DNA of 64,000 nt from Octopus vulgaris (GCA_951406725.2 OX597840.1:39370001-39434000), one strand, 5' to 3'; shown: positions 45,080-59,291, numbered from the stretch's first letter. The notes: generated by a model from the sequence alone, not told the origin. Numbers and translations are program-made.

Positions 45080-46184
45080 GGATAAGTGTGTGTGTGTGTG
45101 TTTGTATATTTTTATACGGAAAATCTGATAAGACGAGGTCGTATGGTAAATATTTACAGGCATCTGGACAACATCGCTCGGGTTTAAGCGACGCAAAGGA
45201 TGTGACAATAAACAAAAATGAAGATCTGGCGATAACCAACGGATGAGGAACAGCTCCTGACATACATCGATGCAATATATGAAAACACTGCATACAGCAA
45301 AATAACAACGAATGATTGATATAGATTCTGGCATTCACGTACAGATATTAAATATGAACCATTAGAATTAAACACATACTGGAATTAGATTCATTATAGC
45401 ATAGATTTATAGATATTGTTTTATATAATCGATGACTTGAAAGAAATGAGATTATCCACCGACCTCGTAAAAATTCAATAATGTTTAACAAACGATATTA
45501 ACAATATCACATTTAACCTTGAAATAATTGAATTTTCAAATGTATCTATTCACATAACAGTTAATGTCTTTATTAAATTTGATGCATCTGGTATCCATAT
45601 AGCTTAGAAATTAACAACTTGAAATGAAATGTGTGTTTATTTTTATTTTTTTATTTTGTATTGCAGATGGCACAAAATATATGAAAGGGGCTGGAAAAAG
45701 AAAGGGTAAACAACGATGCCAACAATGAATATAGAAATGTAATCAGGCGGGGAAAAAATAATCGAAATATATTCATAAGTTTATTTAATATTTCGGATGT
45801 AGAATATAGATTGCAAAAGAGCAAATTTATCGGAAATATACGAGATATATATTCATATTTGATTATGAATTTATCCCAAGATTCGCTGCACAATGTACAA
45901 CACACGTATACATGTATATTGCTATGTTCTGCATTGGGTATTGTATACAGGTGTGTATATGCTGTGTGTGTGAGTGTTTGTAAGTATGTGTATGTGCGTG
46001 TGTCTGTGAGTGTGTGAGGGGTATAATATATTATCTGTGTTAGTTCTAAGTCGCGGTCGTGCAGGATCTTAGCCAAATGCATCGATCACAGTACGGATTT
46101 TTTGAAAGTTTAGTGCTAGCCGACAGTTGAGCCGAACCGCTAAGTTAAGAAAACATAAACCAAACCAATATATGTATATGTATA

Positions 46185-46361
46185 TGTCAAAATGGGACCC
46201 CGTGTGTACCGTTGGCGATTTTATTTCCTCTGTCTTCCCTTCTCTGGATCTTTCTTTCTCCTATGTTTCCGACGAAGAGCTCCGCTCGAAACGTTAAACC
46301 TTCCTTCTTTCCTACTTCCACGTTCTCGCGTTGTTGTGTTTTTGTGCTTTCTTGTTTGGAT

Positions 46362-46366
<5 letters not shown>
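46185..46366 (+). mobile_element. Hammerhead-bearing unit, family 6; motif at 46265-46299 with U4C core; 3' fragment also at 51208-51262
   Basis: GTTT-CCGACGA-A-GAGC-TCC-GCTC-GAA-ACGT-T-AAAC; both copies end TTTGGATTAAC-(TA)n. Confidence 0.7.
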
Positions 46367-46400
<34 letters not shown>

Positions 46401-46578
46401 AATATAAATTAAAAACGTAACACAAAGGATTTTTAATTTATATTTCATTTTTTATATTTTATTGATGTTTTTATTTATATTTCATTTATATTTGATATAT
46501 TCTCTCTCACCTCTGCCACTATCTGGCATATACAGATGCTTACACTTATCAAGTATTCATCCTATATTTACAGTACCT

Positions 46579-46629
<51 letters not shown>

Positions 46630-46705
46630 ACAGTGTACATATGTAGAGTAGAATAGTTAGTGGGCTATCATTTTGATCGATGTAAGTATGTGTGTGTTAG
46701 GCGTG

Positions 46706-46748
<43 letters not shown>

Positions 46749-47029
46749 GGAAATGAAAGTAAACAGATCAACATACAGACGGAGAGGCACATCCACACTT
46801 ACAAGCACGGTACATAATTGCTAACACACTCACACACACACTCAGACATGTACACACAAGGAAACAGAGGTACACACTCATATGCAAACGCACACGCACA
46901 CACGCACGCACATACATAAAAACACACAAACACGGGCAAGCAGGCTCATGAATATGCGGAATACATACGAATATATATACATATATACATATGCACACAC
47001 ACAATGCATGTATACACAGACACGCATAC

Positions 47030-47095
47030 AAATGGCGGTGCCCCAGCATGGCCACAGCTCGTGAGCTGAAACTAGATAAAATAAAAATTAAATTA
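47030..47095 (+). mobile_element. Extreme 3' end of CR1-group LINE
   Basis: AAATGGCGGTGCCCCAGCATGGCCACAGCTCGTGAGCTGAAACTAGATAAAA, nearly identical to the minus-strand end at 53855-53908. Confidence 0.8.
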
Positions 47096-47239
47096 AAAAA
47101 ATAAAATATACATACATGCATACATACATACATACATACATTCATACATTTATAAATGCATACATACATGCATGCATGTGTAGGCACACACACACACTAA
47201 CCCACACACATGCGCACAAACAAAATAAAAAAAGAACCT

Positions 47240-47455
47240 TGTGTGAATAACGTATGAAGTCAAAACTACTGAAAAGTGTGCAAGATGCAACCAAAAATTT
47301 AGAAAAACAGAAAAGAAATAGGAGAAATTTTACCGATGAGTGTGTTAAATAATAAGGCACTAAAATAGAATGACTCTCCCCAGACACAACAGAATATGCT
47401 TCAACACACGAACTCGCATAAAGAATCTTGCAAACCAAATTCCAAAACGAAATAT
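47240..47455 (+). mobile_element. Family 7 unit with decayed hammerhead at 47266-47302
   Basis: CTA-CTGAAAA-GTGTGCAAGATGCAACC-AAAAATT-TAG, then the family body ending CCAAAACGAAA-(TA)n. Confidence 0.7.
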
Positions 47456-47855
47456 ATATATATATATATATGATACACATAATTTAATTTTACTGGTTGC
47501 AGCTAAAAAGTGTGGCCATACTCGAGCACAAATTGTGATGACTTCCAGTCGTTCGACACCTTGAAATGCCAAGTCTATACAGCAACGTGTGCAATACCTG
47601 AGTATTGCAAGGTTAACTGGTCTTCTTACGTAATATTTAAACACAATCGCCATGGCCGTGATGTGAGTTGCAAGTACAGGTAAGATAACTTTTGAAATTG
47701 CTAAACAGTTTTGCAGGTGAACATACATTTGCACCTGTTTGGTACGAATTCATGTGTTCTAGAGTGTTGCGTATGTGTGTGCGTCTGCATGTGTGTGTGT
47801 CTATGTATAAACACATACACACAGAATGAATGTTAGATAGATGTTTATATAGATG

Positions 47856-47904
<49 letters not shown>

Positions 47905-48002
47905 TTATATATATATATATTATATATATATATTTATATATATATATGTATACACACATATACACAGAATGAGTGTTAGATAGATGTTTATATAGATGGA
48001 TG

Positions 48003-48060
<58 letters not shown>

Positions 48061-48188
48061 AAGGTAGAGAGAGAGTTGTAGATATGGAGATAGATGTTTA
48101 TATATATTTATAAACGCAATAACACACGCACACATATAAAGCAATGTCTATATATATTTCTGTGTGTGTATAAATGCTGAGTGTACGG

Positions 48189-48229
<41 letters not shown>

Positions 48230-48437
48230 TAATATTGAATGTGTATACGTATGTGACATCAGCTGCTTCGTATGGAGCCGATGTCACATCTATGAACGTA
48301 ATTATTTCTACATTCAAATTGATGTCAATCGTGATATATCTACAGAATTCATAAGACAAAACCATGAATAAACAGAAGCGAAATTAAGTGACAAATTCAA
48401 TAAGAAAAAAATAGGTACACATACATACATACATACA

Positions 48438-48545
<108 letters not shown>

Positions 48546-48719
48546 TGTACGTGTATATAGATAAATATATAGATATAGATAGATTTTAAAATATACCATT
48601 CTCTAAGTCGTTTAGAAGAAATAATAAACGGTCAAATGCCAGAAAATGCAATTTTTTATAACGTTTTTATTCCAATTTGATATCAATTTTTACATTAATC
48701 TTGTTACCTGACAATTTTC

Positions 48720-48926
48720 TCTGCTGTTGTTGCTGTTGCTGTTGTTGTTGTTGCTGTTGTTGTTGTTGCTGTTGTTGTTGTTGCTGTTGTTGTTGTTGCT
48801 GTTGTTGTTGTTGCTGTCGTTGTTGCTCTTCTTCTTCTACTTCATCATCATCTTCTTCTTCTTCTTCTTCTTCTTCTTCTTTGTCTTCTTTTTCTTCTTC
48901 TTCGTCGTCGTCGTCTTCTTCTTTTA

Positions 48927-48987
<61 letters not shown>

Positions 48988-48993
48988 CATTAT

Positions 48994-49030
<37 letters not shown>

Positions 49031-49090
49031 TGATTATTTTTTTTATTATTATAATTATCATAATTATTATTATTATTATTATTATTATTG
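48720..49090. repeat. Compound (TGT/TGC)n-(TTC)n-(TTA)n-(TAA)n array
   Basis: Directly visible. Confidence 0.95.
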
Positions 49091-49299
49091 TTAATGTTAT
49101 TCTTGGTGGTGGTGATGGAGATTAGCTGCGCTACTTCCGTGCCTGGAGGTCAACGTTGTTCACTTCATCGTGACGGTTAAATCAGAGTAAATTCTATTTG
49201 GAGACATTTACCGCGGGGCATCAAAATATAATCAACAATTTATGCTTCGGTTACAGTTTCTCCGTTTAACTTTTATCCTTTTATATTGAACTCATTTCT

Positions 49300-49770
49300 T
49301 TCATTAGGCTGCGCCTTTGCTGCAGCACTGTCTTGAAGGCTATCACCCAACAAATCAACTTATTTCTTAAGGCATATACTTATTCTATCGGTCTCTTTTG
49401 CCGTACCGCTAATTTAAGGGGACGTAAACGCACCAACATCGGTTGTCAAGCGATCTTGAGGGACAAACACAAGTATATACACACACACATACATACATAC
49501 ATACATACGAACATACACACACACACACACATATACATATATATATATATGTGTATGTATGTATGTATGTATGTATGTATATGTATATGTATATATACAT
49601 ATATACGACGGGCTTCTTTTAGTTTACATCTACCAAATCCACTCACAAGTCTTTGGTCGGCCCGACGCAATTGTAGCAGACACTTGCCCAAGGTGCCACG
49701 CAGTTTGACTGAACCTGGAACCACGTGGTTTGTAAGCAATGTACTTACCACATAACCACTCCTTCGCCTA
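49300..49770 (-). mobile_element. SINE-A copy
   Basis: Head, CORE-like block, internal microsatellite and degenerate tail. Confidence 0.82.
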
Positions 49771-50381
49771 AAATATGTATAGAACTATTTATTCACACAC
49801 ATACGCAGATTCACATACAAAAAAACACAAACACATGTATGTATAATATATATATATATATATATACAGCTATTTTGTACACACACGCATACATACACAC
49901 TCACATACACATATATATATATATACATAAATACACGACGAGTTTCTGCACAGTTTCCCGTCTGCCAATTTCACTCCCAAGGCTTTAACTTGTCCGAGTC
50001 TCAATGAGAATACACTGGCGCAAAGGATAAAGAATGCCACATTCACAGAATGGTTGGTTACATTTTATAGGAATATGGCATTCATTCGGTCCTTTGCTAT
50101 TTATTTTTCATACTCGGCTATATTACCACCGCACCCACACGTTTTAGGATGGGCAATTGTTACTAAATAATAGATGGGGGCCCTTTGTATATGCCCACCA
50201 CTACAGAGAATCCAGACGTAACAATCCCATTTTTATTCATATAGCAATTAATGGAGTATATTTTCCTATCTCTCCCTCCTTTCTTAAAAAGAAATTGTTT
50301 AGCTTTATGTTTTAAGGTTTGACATCTATTTTTAGCAAAACAGCGTAGAGTGTCTTTCAGTGCCTGTTCCAGAAGGAATAT

Positions 50382-50595
50382 TATTTTCCACTCTAGGCAG
50401 AAGTCCCGAAATTTGTGGGGAGGGGGCCAGTCGATTAGATCGACCCCAGTGTTTCACTGGTAATTAATATATCGACCCCGAAAGGATGAAAGGCAAAGTC
50501 GACCTCGGCGAAATTTGAACTTAGGACTCAAAGACAGACGAAATACTGCTAAGCATTTCGTCCGGCGCGCTAACGTTTCTGCCAGCTCGCCCCCT
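50382..50595 (-). mobile_element. SINE-B (tail type 2) with 15-bp target-site duplication
   Basis: TTCCAGAAGGAATAT at 50367-50381 and 50596-50610 flanks a complete copy. Confidence 0.92.
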
Positions 50596-50689
50596 TTCCA
50601 GAAGGAATATCGCCATTCATTTATTTATCCCAATTAAATCCAAATTTGGTCAACAACGCCATAGATTCAAGGTTATCTTTCTGGACAGG

Positions 50690-50860
50690 CACTAAGTGGT
50701 ATTTCGTCCAGTTTTATATGATTAGTTCAGGTCAGCCTTGCTTTTCATAATTTGACGTCGATAAAATAATTATCAGCCAAGCACTGGGGTCGATATAACC
50801 TGCTGGTTATATCGACCCCAGCCAAACCTGCTGGCCCTATGCCAAATGTCGAAACCAACG
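50690..50860 (+). mobile_element. Degenerate SINE-B containing a perfect 17-bp hairpin (50784-50821)
   Basis: CTGGGGTCGATATAACC-TGCT-GGTTATATCGACCCCAG. Confidence 0.75.
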
Positions 50861-51256
50861 TTAATTTAAAGAAGAGGCTTTCGACAAAGCGTATCATTCA
50901 ATTCTTTACATTTACTGCTGTGACCTGCGAATGAATACAAATAGCTTCGTTCTTCTACTTTGTACGACATTATACAAAGAATACAAACGGTCAAGTATAA
51001 AGAACCTGATCTTAGTGAAAAGGAAATCATATTGTGTTAGGTTTATTACCCGCTTTACTAAAATGTTCTAGCCCTAATCTTTCAGTGTTCAAATCACACT
51101 GGAGGTCTGTCATCAGCATTGCCCATAAAGAACGTCATAAAATATTTTTTGTGAGCCACTTAAACTTAAATATATATATATATATAATACTATATAATAC
51201 TATATTTATTCCACGTCCTCGCGTTGTTGTGTCTTTTTGTGCTTTCATGTTTGGAT

Positions 51257-51313
<57 letters not shown>

Positions 51314-51442
51314 TGTGTGTGTGTGTGTGTATGTATATATATTATATTAAATAGTCAAATCATACAATGAAAAACTTAAGCCAATACATAGAATTATTAA
51401 ATTTATATTATTTAGATATATAACAAAATTATTAAAAAAATA

Positions 51443-51492
<50 letters not shown>

Positions 51493-51777
51493 GTGTTGTC
51501 AACCCCCTGGCTAGGCGGGAAGATTAACGATCTGTTGTGAAGGAGACGTCAGTCAGGTTCGGGGTGACACATTTACAGCTGAGTGGACTGCAGCAACAGG
51601 AAATAAAACAAATTACACGCAAAAATAAAATGCACCTCCACTCTGGGAATCGAAACCACTATCTCATGCTCCAGTATGGAACGCCCTAATCAGTAGTTCA
51701 CGTATCTTTACATATACATATAGGAGGTGGCGTGTGTGTGTAAGTGTGTAATGTATATATGTCTCTAATTAATATTA

Positions 51778-51835
<58 letters not shown>

Positions 51836-52193
51836 ACACGTGTGTGTGTATACAGACAAACAGGAACACACACATTTATATGTGTTCTTTAAGTCGGTGA
51901 ATGCATCTAGTTTCGTTTCACTTAAATACATTTGAATACTTCATCAGCCATTTTTGCTTCAATGACAGCTCGATTCTTGTGGTCCCAATTAAATTAATTT
52001 TTTTCCGCTCCTGTCATTAATTGACTTTTATTTCGTTCATTTGCATTATCATATTAACGCTCGACACACAAGCACACATACATATGCGCGTGCACACACA
52101 TAGACGCACACGCACATGCACACAGGTTTCTATGTATGCATGTATGTGTCCATACATGTATGTAGGCGTGCATGAAGATAGATAGATAGATAA

Positions 52194-52269
<76 letters not shown>

Positions 52270-52274
52270 TTAGT

Positions 52275-52350
<76 letters not shown>

Positions 52351-52394
52351 CAGACAGATAGACAGACATAGAGACAGACAGATAGTTAGTTAGT

Positions 52395-52456
<62 letters not shown>

Positions 52457-52457
52457 T

Positions 52458-52504
<47 letters not shown>

Positions 52505-52505
52505 T

Positions 52506-52578
<73 letters not shown>

Positions 52579-53239
52579 AAGATAGACAAAATCTTCTAAC
52601 CAGCAACTTCGATGTTTAACTGAGTCAGTCTCCCTTCTTATCAATGCCATGTTATTTCATTCTAGGCAGCGGTTCTCCAGAACAACATGAAAATTATAAG
52701 ACCATAATGAACTGTGAACGTGAGATGCTGACTACATTCTCTCTGTTTATCTTAATTTCTGTCACAAGTTCTACAGCACACGAGTCGGCACTTGAGATGT
52801 ACCTTATCTATCGAGGTTTTTGTTGTATTTCCCTTTTACATGAAGAAGATGCGAACTCCTCGCACATTAGTTATTCACCTTAGGTGTGAGAGATTTGAGT
52901 GGTGACTGTTGGTGTTGTAACCCACGGTTGCATTTATAGGAAGCTAAAAATTATTATATCTACCTACTGATAGGGACTTTTTGTAACATAAGTCTGTCTG
53001 TATAAGAAAAAAAAAAAGAAAATAGAAAATATCCTTTCTACCTACTGATTGAACCTACCCATATATCGTAGGTATGTGTACATAAGAAGGTAAAAAATAT
53101 TTGCTATACTTAACTTCATCTATTCAACAAAAAGGGCCTGTGAAAATTTAAGATTTTGTACAATGCACATAACATGGTCTCTATGAACCAAAGAGGAACC
53201 TCGAAGAGGTCGCATCACACATACACTCACAGACACACG

Positions 53240-53277
<38 letters not shown>

Positions 53278-53299
53278 TATATATATATATATATATATA

Positions 53300-53405
53300 T
53301 AACACGAGGATGGAGGATATCATGGTTTCATATTATGCTTTCGAAAATGGTGCAAGAAGCATGTTTCGGTCTGGGTTTCTTCGTGACGTGAATTCCCTCG
53401 TAAGA
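53300..53405. repeat. About 110-bp dispersed repeat, second copy at 55562-55672; both start at (TA)n
   Basis: TAACACGAGGATGGAGGATATCATGGT...CTGGGTTTCTTCGTGAC.TGAATTCCCTCGTAA. Confidence 0.85.
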
Positions 53406-53849
53406 TTTCGTTAAAATACGTAGCAGAAATATACTGTCCTTAGTTCAAGTTTTTTTAATGTTTTTGCTTTGTTTTTCTTTTACTAAGCGTAAGGGCCGTA
53501 TCCATAGCATTTACTGTTTTGCTTCTGGACACCATGAGTAACTGGGACACAGAAAATTTTCTTAGGAGTAAAAAATTAATGTCATTCAATGGACTCTCCC
53601 TCAAGTCCACAACCAATAGATGATCTTAATGGTAGCGGGTATTGAGTTAAATCGGGTGAATTTAGTTAAGGACCATTCCCCAAAATCCTGGAACATTCTC
53701 TCTTATTTCCTTCTACACCAGTGGTACTCAAATATTTTTACCTATGGGCTCCTTTGATTTCTATTGCACTGTATTTGACCTCCATGCCCATTCGCTGTAT
53801 ATAGAAACAATCGTACTATATTATATAATTAAATATTATTATTATTTAT

Positions 53850-54030
53850 TATTTATTTTATCTAGTTTCAGCTCACGAGCTGTGGCCATGCTGGCGCACC
53901 GCCATTTGGTGTTGCTACATGATTTTACTTCACGAATGCTGTTTAGCATTTGCCATTTGGTGCATGAGAGAGTTCGATGCAGCTGCCCTCATCTGCACCT
54001 CCTGCCATGAAGTTGGTGCAGTTAGGAATT
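53850..54030 (-). mobile_element. CR1-group LINE 3' end
   Basis: Minus translation FLTAPTSWQEVQMRAAASNSLMHQMANAKQHS* followed by the CCAGCATGGCCACAGC..CTGAAAC tail. Confidence 0.8.
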
Positions 54031-54227
54031 TTATAAAAATATTTTTAGTATTTCATGAATGTGGAAGTATAACATTAATGCACATAAATTTTAACAGCAT
54101 AATCATATGATGGACAACCAAGAGTCCATCATACGTAATGCCATTTTGTTTAGGACAGATATAATTACCAATACAGGAACATGTATCATACATGACAACG
54201 AAGCTTGTCCTCTGTGGATCACATTCC

Positions 54228-54697
54228 TACTTCTCGAAAGAGTCCAGGAGCTGGCTACCCGAATGGTTCTTGGTCTCAAGCATTCGTCTTATGAAGAAAG
54301 GCTGAAGACGCTCGACCTTTATTCTCTAGGAAAACGACGACGCCGTGGTGATCTCATTCTTGCTCACAACATCATAAGCGGAAAGTGTAACCTTTCGAAA
54401 GAGCTGTTCTTCACTCCTGCTCCAGAGCGTTGGCTGCGGGGTCACTCCGAAAAGCTCTATCTGCAACGATTTCATCTCAGTCAAAGGAGAAGGGCATTCT
54501 CCGTCCGGGTTGCGGATCCGTGGAATAAGCTGTCGGACGAGATAGTAAAGATGCCGACGACCGCTCGGTTCAAAGTATCTCTTGACCAGAAATGGCCTGA
54601 ACTCTTTGCATGAACACCCTCCCTGTACATGACTCCATCTCCTCCTACATGGCCTTGCTTTTTGCTTTTTGAGCCAAAAAATTAACTTAACTTAACT
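54228..54697 (+). mobile_element. 5'-truncated CR1 LINE (second family) with (AACTT)n tail
   Basis: LLERVQELATRMVLGLKHSSYEERLKTLDLYSLGKRRRRGDLI...LRGHSEKL...FSVRVADPWNKL...FKVSLD; stop at 54613; tail AATTAACTTAACTTAACT. Confidence 0.92.
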
Positions 54698-56445
54698 CAA
54701 CATAGTCGCCGCTTCTCTCAATAGCAAAGTTCCACCTTCGAATGAGAGTATGTATCTCTGCCACGTAAAAACTACTGCTCGTCCCACCCAGTTGGATAAC
54801 CGCTGTTCTACACAATAGACATGCCTGCCTCAAATTTTCACTTGCAAAACTTTGGTCAGCAATGAAAGCAATGTTAGAGAGAAGAAACTTGTCTGAGTTG
54901 CCCAGCAAAGCCTTCGAACACGAGAGCAGTATAATTACACAGCGACCATCTTAACAAACACGTCTACGCGTTGATTCAGTCGGGTACAACATTAAAACGG
55001 CTCTTTACAATTTTAAAAAAGAAAATGATAATAACAGTAAAGAAAAATATGTAAATGTATTAATCAATAACGAATCAATACCAGAGAGATTGAACACAAT
55101 AATTCTGAGCTAAGAAATTGTATGCATTTGGACTGATTTAATATAATGAAGTCGACTGTACAGGACAATCTTGTGCAGTTCTAGTTATAGCTGTTTCATT
55201 TCCTATTCTCACTTCCTCATTAATACGATTATTGCAGATAATTGAATTATACTTCATTAATTAATGCAATTAACTCCGAATGTATTCGACTGTAAACAAC
55301 AGTTAGAACAACAACAACAACACCAAGAACAACAACAGTAATGATTATCATCAATTTAGTCTACAGAAATCAAAAAGCACAAAACAAATAAAATTAACAT
55401 ATTTACTAATCGATTCACATCTGGTTGAAACCATGTATTGTGCTAAACAGTGATGGCGGTTGTTCATAGTTTCCACTTCCACTGTTTTCGAGATACACAC
55501 ACGAACACACATACACGCGCACACACACATATATGCATGTATATATATATATGTATATATATAACACGAGGATGGAGGATATCATGGTGTTTCGTATTGC
55601 ATAATTCTTTCTAAAATACTGCAAGAAGCCTGTTTGGTTCTGGGTTTCTTCGTGACATGAATTCCCTCGTAATATTTTTCTTTAAATTTATTACTATCGT
55701 TCTTATCCATTTTGTTATGAAAGGAGTATGGTTTCCGCTTCATTCTAAGTATGAATAAATTTCTTGTATTTCGTGAGCTCTTTTAGGTATTCTCTTCTTC
55801 GTCTTTGAGTGAGGCATTCGGTGTAGTCTTTTCCATCTTTAGGCATCGCTCCGATAGCGATTTAATTCCTTATTTAAATATTGGTAGTCTTATTTATTTA
55901 ATATAATTCGGGTAAAAATGAACATTACGGGGTTTTTAACGCCAATTACACTTTGTATGCATGTGGGCGTATATATGTATGGATGTAATTATGCAGCCAT
56001 AATGGGGACAGTCTTGAAAGAATTATTCTAACAAATCGGCACCCGTCCATATTTTTTCAAGTCTGTTACTTATTGTTCTGGACACTTTTGCCGAACGTGT
56101 AAGTTACGGGGGCCAGGTGAGAATCGCTGACAAACACGGAACAAACGGCAAACACAAATACATACATATATACATACATACATTCATGCACACATAAACG
56201 CACACTCACACATATACAAATACACACATTCACACACATATAGTATATCTATCCATCTATATATATATATATATACATAACTTGATTAGCAATTCAATAT
56301 GAGCTATATATAGACATGCACAAACTCTGTAAGTTTAAGACCTTTCATCGGATCTCCAGGAATCGAACTTTCTTCAATGCAGTTAATCTTACACCCTCTT
56401 TTGTATCTACCCCTTTTGATGTTTGGGAATTCTCTGATGTTTTTT

Positions 56446-56529
56446 TCGGCTGACGGGTACGAGCCATCTGTATTTACTGCATTTTTTGTAGCTTATTAAA
56501 GATGTCCTCGTACGAAACAATTGTACCGA
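56446..56529 (+). ncRNA. Type-I hammerhead motif with long stem II insert (family 4), within unit about 56285-56560
   Basis: TCGG-CTGACGG-GTACGAG..CATCT...AGATG..CTCGTAC-GAA-ACAATTGT-A-CCGA; A9 is G in this copy; the unit ends in (TA)n. Confidence 0.68.
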
Positions 56530-57039
56530 GATTTTAATCCATTCTTGTTGCTTTTTTCCTATATATATATATATATATACATATATACGACGAATTTCTT
56601 TGGTCAGCCAGGAACCATAGCAGAAGACATGTGCCCGAGGTCTTGCACAGTAGAACTGAACCGAAGTTTCTCAACCACACACCCAAGACAACTATCCACT
56701 TATTTTCCTTATTTAGAAAGCATCTTGTTCCGCATGAGAAGGACAGTCAGACATCATCTACCTAAATATTATGTTTATAGATGCCTGTCATATCGTTTCA
56801 GTATTTAGTTGTATGCAGTATAGGGGAAAGGGCTAGTATAGCCCCATTGGAGATTATTTGGCAAATACTCTAAGATTAAGAATCCTAAGACAGGCCATCG
56901 CTCTCAGAAACGAGAGGGAAAAGAAACACGAAACCTTGCTGTAGTTTTGGTTGTTTTGCCATAATCCAGCCCTCCTTAGGTATCCGTCCAGTCCACGATT
57001 TTCGAATATGGCTCTGGAATCATTTTTGTACATACAGTC

Positions 57040-57770
57040 TTTTATTCTTTTACATGTTTCAGTTATTTGACTGTGGCCATGCTGGAGCACCGCTTTTTAG
57101 TCGAAGACATCGATCCCCGGGATACATTCTTTGTTAGTCAGTGCTTACTCTATCGGTCTTTTACCGAACCACTAATTTACGGGGACGTAAACACACCAAC
57201 TTCGGTTGTCAAGCGATGCGTGGGTGGACAAACACAGACACAAAGACACACACATAAATATATATACTCATATATATATATACGACAGGCCTCTTTCAGT
57301 TTCCGTCTACCAAATTCACCCTCAAGACTTTGGTTGGCCCGAGGATATATTAGAAGACACTTGCCAAAGGTACCATACAGTGGGACTGAACCCGGAACCA
57401 TGTGGTTGGGAAGCAAAGCTTCTTGACCACACAGTAACGCCAGCTCTTATTTTACTTATTTCAGTTACCGGAATGTGGCCGTGTTGTCACGAAGTATTTA
57501 GCCGAATAAATCGACCGCATTTAATTATTTGTAAGTTTGGTATTTCTTATATTGGAATATTTTGTCCCACCTCTAGGCTACGTGGACGTAAACAAACAAA
57601 CAGTGCTTCTCAGGTGGTGGATGGCGACAATCACAAACAGAAAATTCATACTATATGATGCGTGTCCACACAGTCTCCGTCTACCAAGTATATCCAAAAG
57701 ATATTTTACGGCCAGGGTTTATAGTAGAAAACCCTCGCCCAAACCCCCAAACCATAGTTGTGAACCAAGC
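57040..57770 (-). mobile_element. Two adjacent SINE-A copies (57040-57440 good, 57450-57770 degenerate)
   Basis: Family matches; further degenerate copies near 36140-36295, 55990-56160, 56585-56690 and 59655-60095. Confidence 0.8.
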
Positions 57771-58278
57771 TTCATAATCATTGACGTAGCTTAACGATGG
57801 TTTCCTTTATTTCAAGAAAAAACTGTGAGATTTGTGAGGATTCGGCTATTATTTCATGGGGGACAAAATGTCATATAGAATTTCTTCATCTCAGTAATAT
57901 GTCCATAATTTATTTCAAAGAACTGTCACGGATTATACTTTTATAAAACACATTTTCGACGCGTGTTTTCTGTTGTAAAGCGGAAACACGGTTTAACGCA
58001 ACTTCGCTCGAAGCAATTTAGAATGTTGTTATACGCTTCTGAAATACATGTGTATGGTTCAACTTTGTAAAGTTATTACACAGTTTCGAGGCTACGATAA
58101 AAAATTAGATCTGAAAACTTGAAAAGCTGAGCGTAAAAATTAAAAGAAAAAAAAACTGCTATGCAGTCACGTTTCCAACACGATATGCATGAGAGAAGAA
58201 GCGATCTTCATTTTTGCATATATAGACTTAAATGCATACACAAACATCCATATACATGCATACATAAATGTACACACG

Positions 58279-58312
<34 letters not shown>

Positions 58313-58364
58313 CATATATATATATACTTTTATCTATCCATCTATCTATCTCTCTCTCTCTCTC

Positions 58365-58395
<31 letters not shown>

Positions 58396-58771
58396 TTGTT
58401 TATGTATATAGATATATATGCAGATATGTGCATATATGAGTGTCTTTATATATGCATGTCTATCTATCAGTATATGTATATATGTGTATTTGTGTATGTA
58501 TGTATATATACATACATACATACATACATACATACATACATACATACATACATACATACATACATACATGCATTCAGAGGCAGATAATGAGACACATATA
58601 TAGCATGCTGGATACATGAATTCGAAAAGTTCCTCCGATTTTTCTAAGACATATTTTGCAGTCACGTTCACTGCATGACTAGTTCCACACGCATGTGTGC
58701 AAGGATTCGCGGACACGCAATTACACGCATACATAAACCAGAGTGAATACATATACAAACCCGTATTTACA

Positions 58772-58804
<33 letters not shown>

Positions 58805-59291
58805 TCACACACGCACATACGCATACACACAAGCACATGAATATATCCCCACACATACGTATGCAACATATACGTAAATGCTTGTGTGTGTGTGTATGTG
58901 TATTTGCGTGTGTATGTGTGTGTGTGTGTGTGTATGTGTGTGTGTGTGTGCGTGTGTGTGTGTGTGTGTGTGTGCTATGTGTGGTGTGAATAAATGTTTG
59001 CCGCCGTCGGAATCTATGAGACCAAGTGACTACAAACTTCTCAAGGCAACAAGGTCATAGGTTCGAACTGGTTGTGCTGCAACACGGGTTTAAACTAAAG
59101 GCTGCAGTTGAAATTCTTTCTGTAGATTAATCACTGTGTGGATGCACTTGCGTCAGTGCATATATTCTTTCAATCTTTGGCTTAAGTCATTTGACTGCGG
59201 CTATGCTGGAGCACCATCTTAAAAGTTTTATAGCGCATATAGTCCCCCACACGAAGAGGAAGCCGGTCTGTCCCTCTTTTGTATATTCTCA

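Noticed and set aside
48667-49033. Poly-E/Q and poly-C/S ORFs resembling a transcription-factor low-complexity region
   Set aside because: Pure compound microsatellite running into (TAA)n, with no flanking coding context or splice sites.
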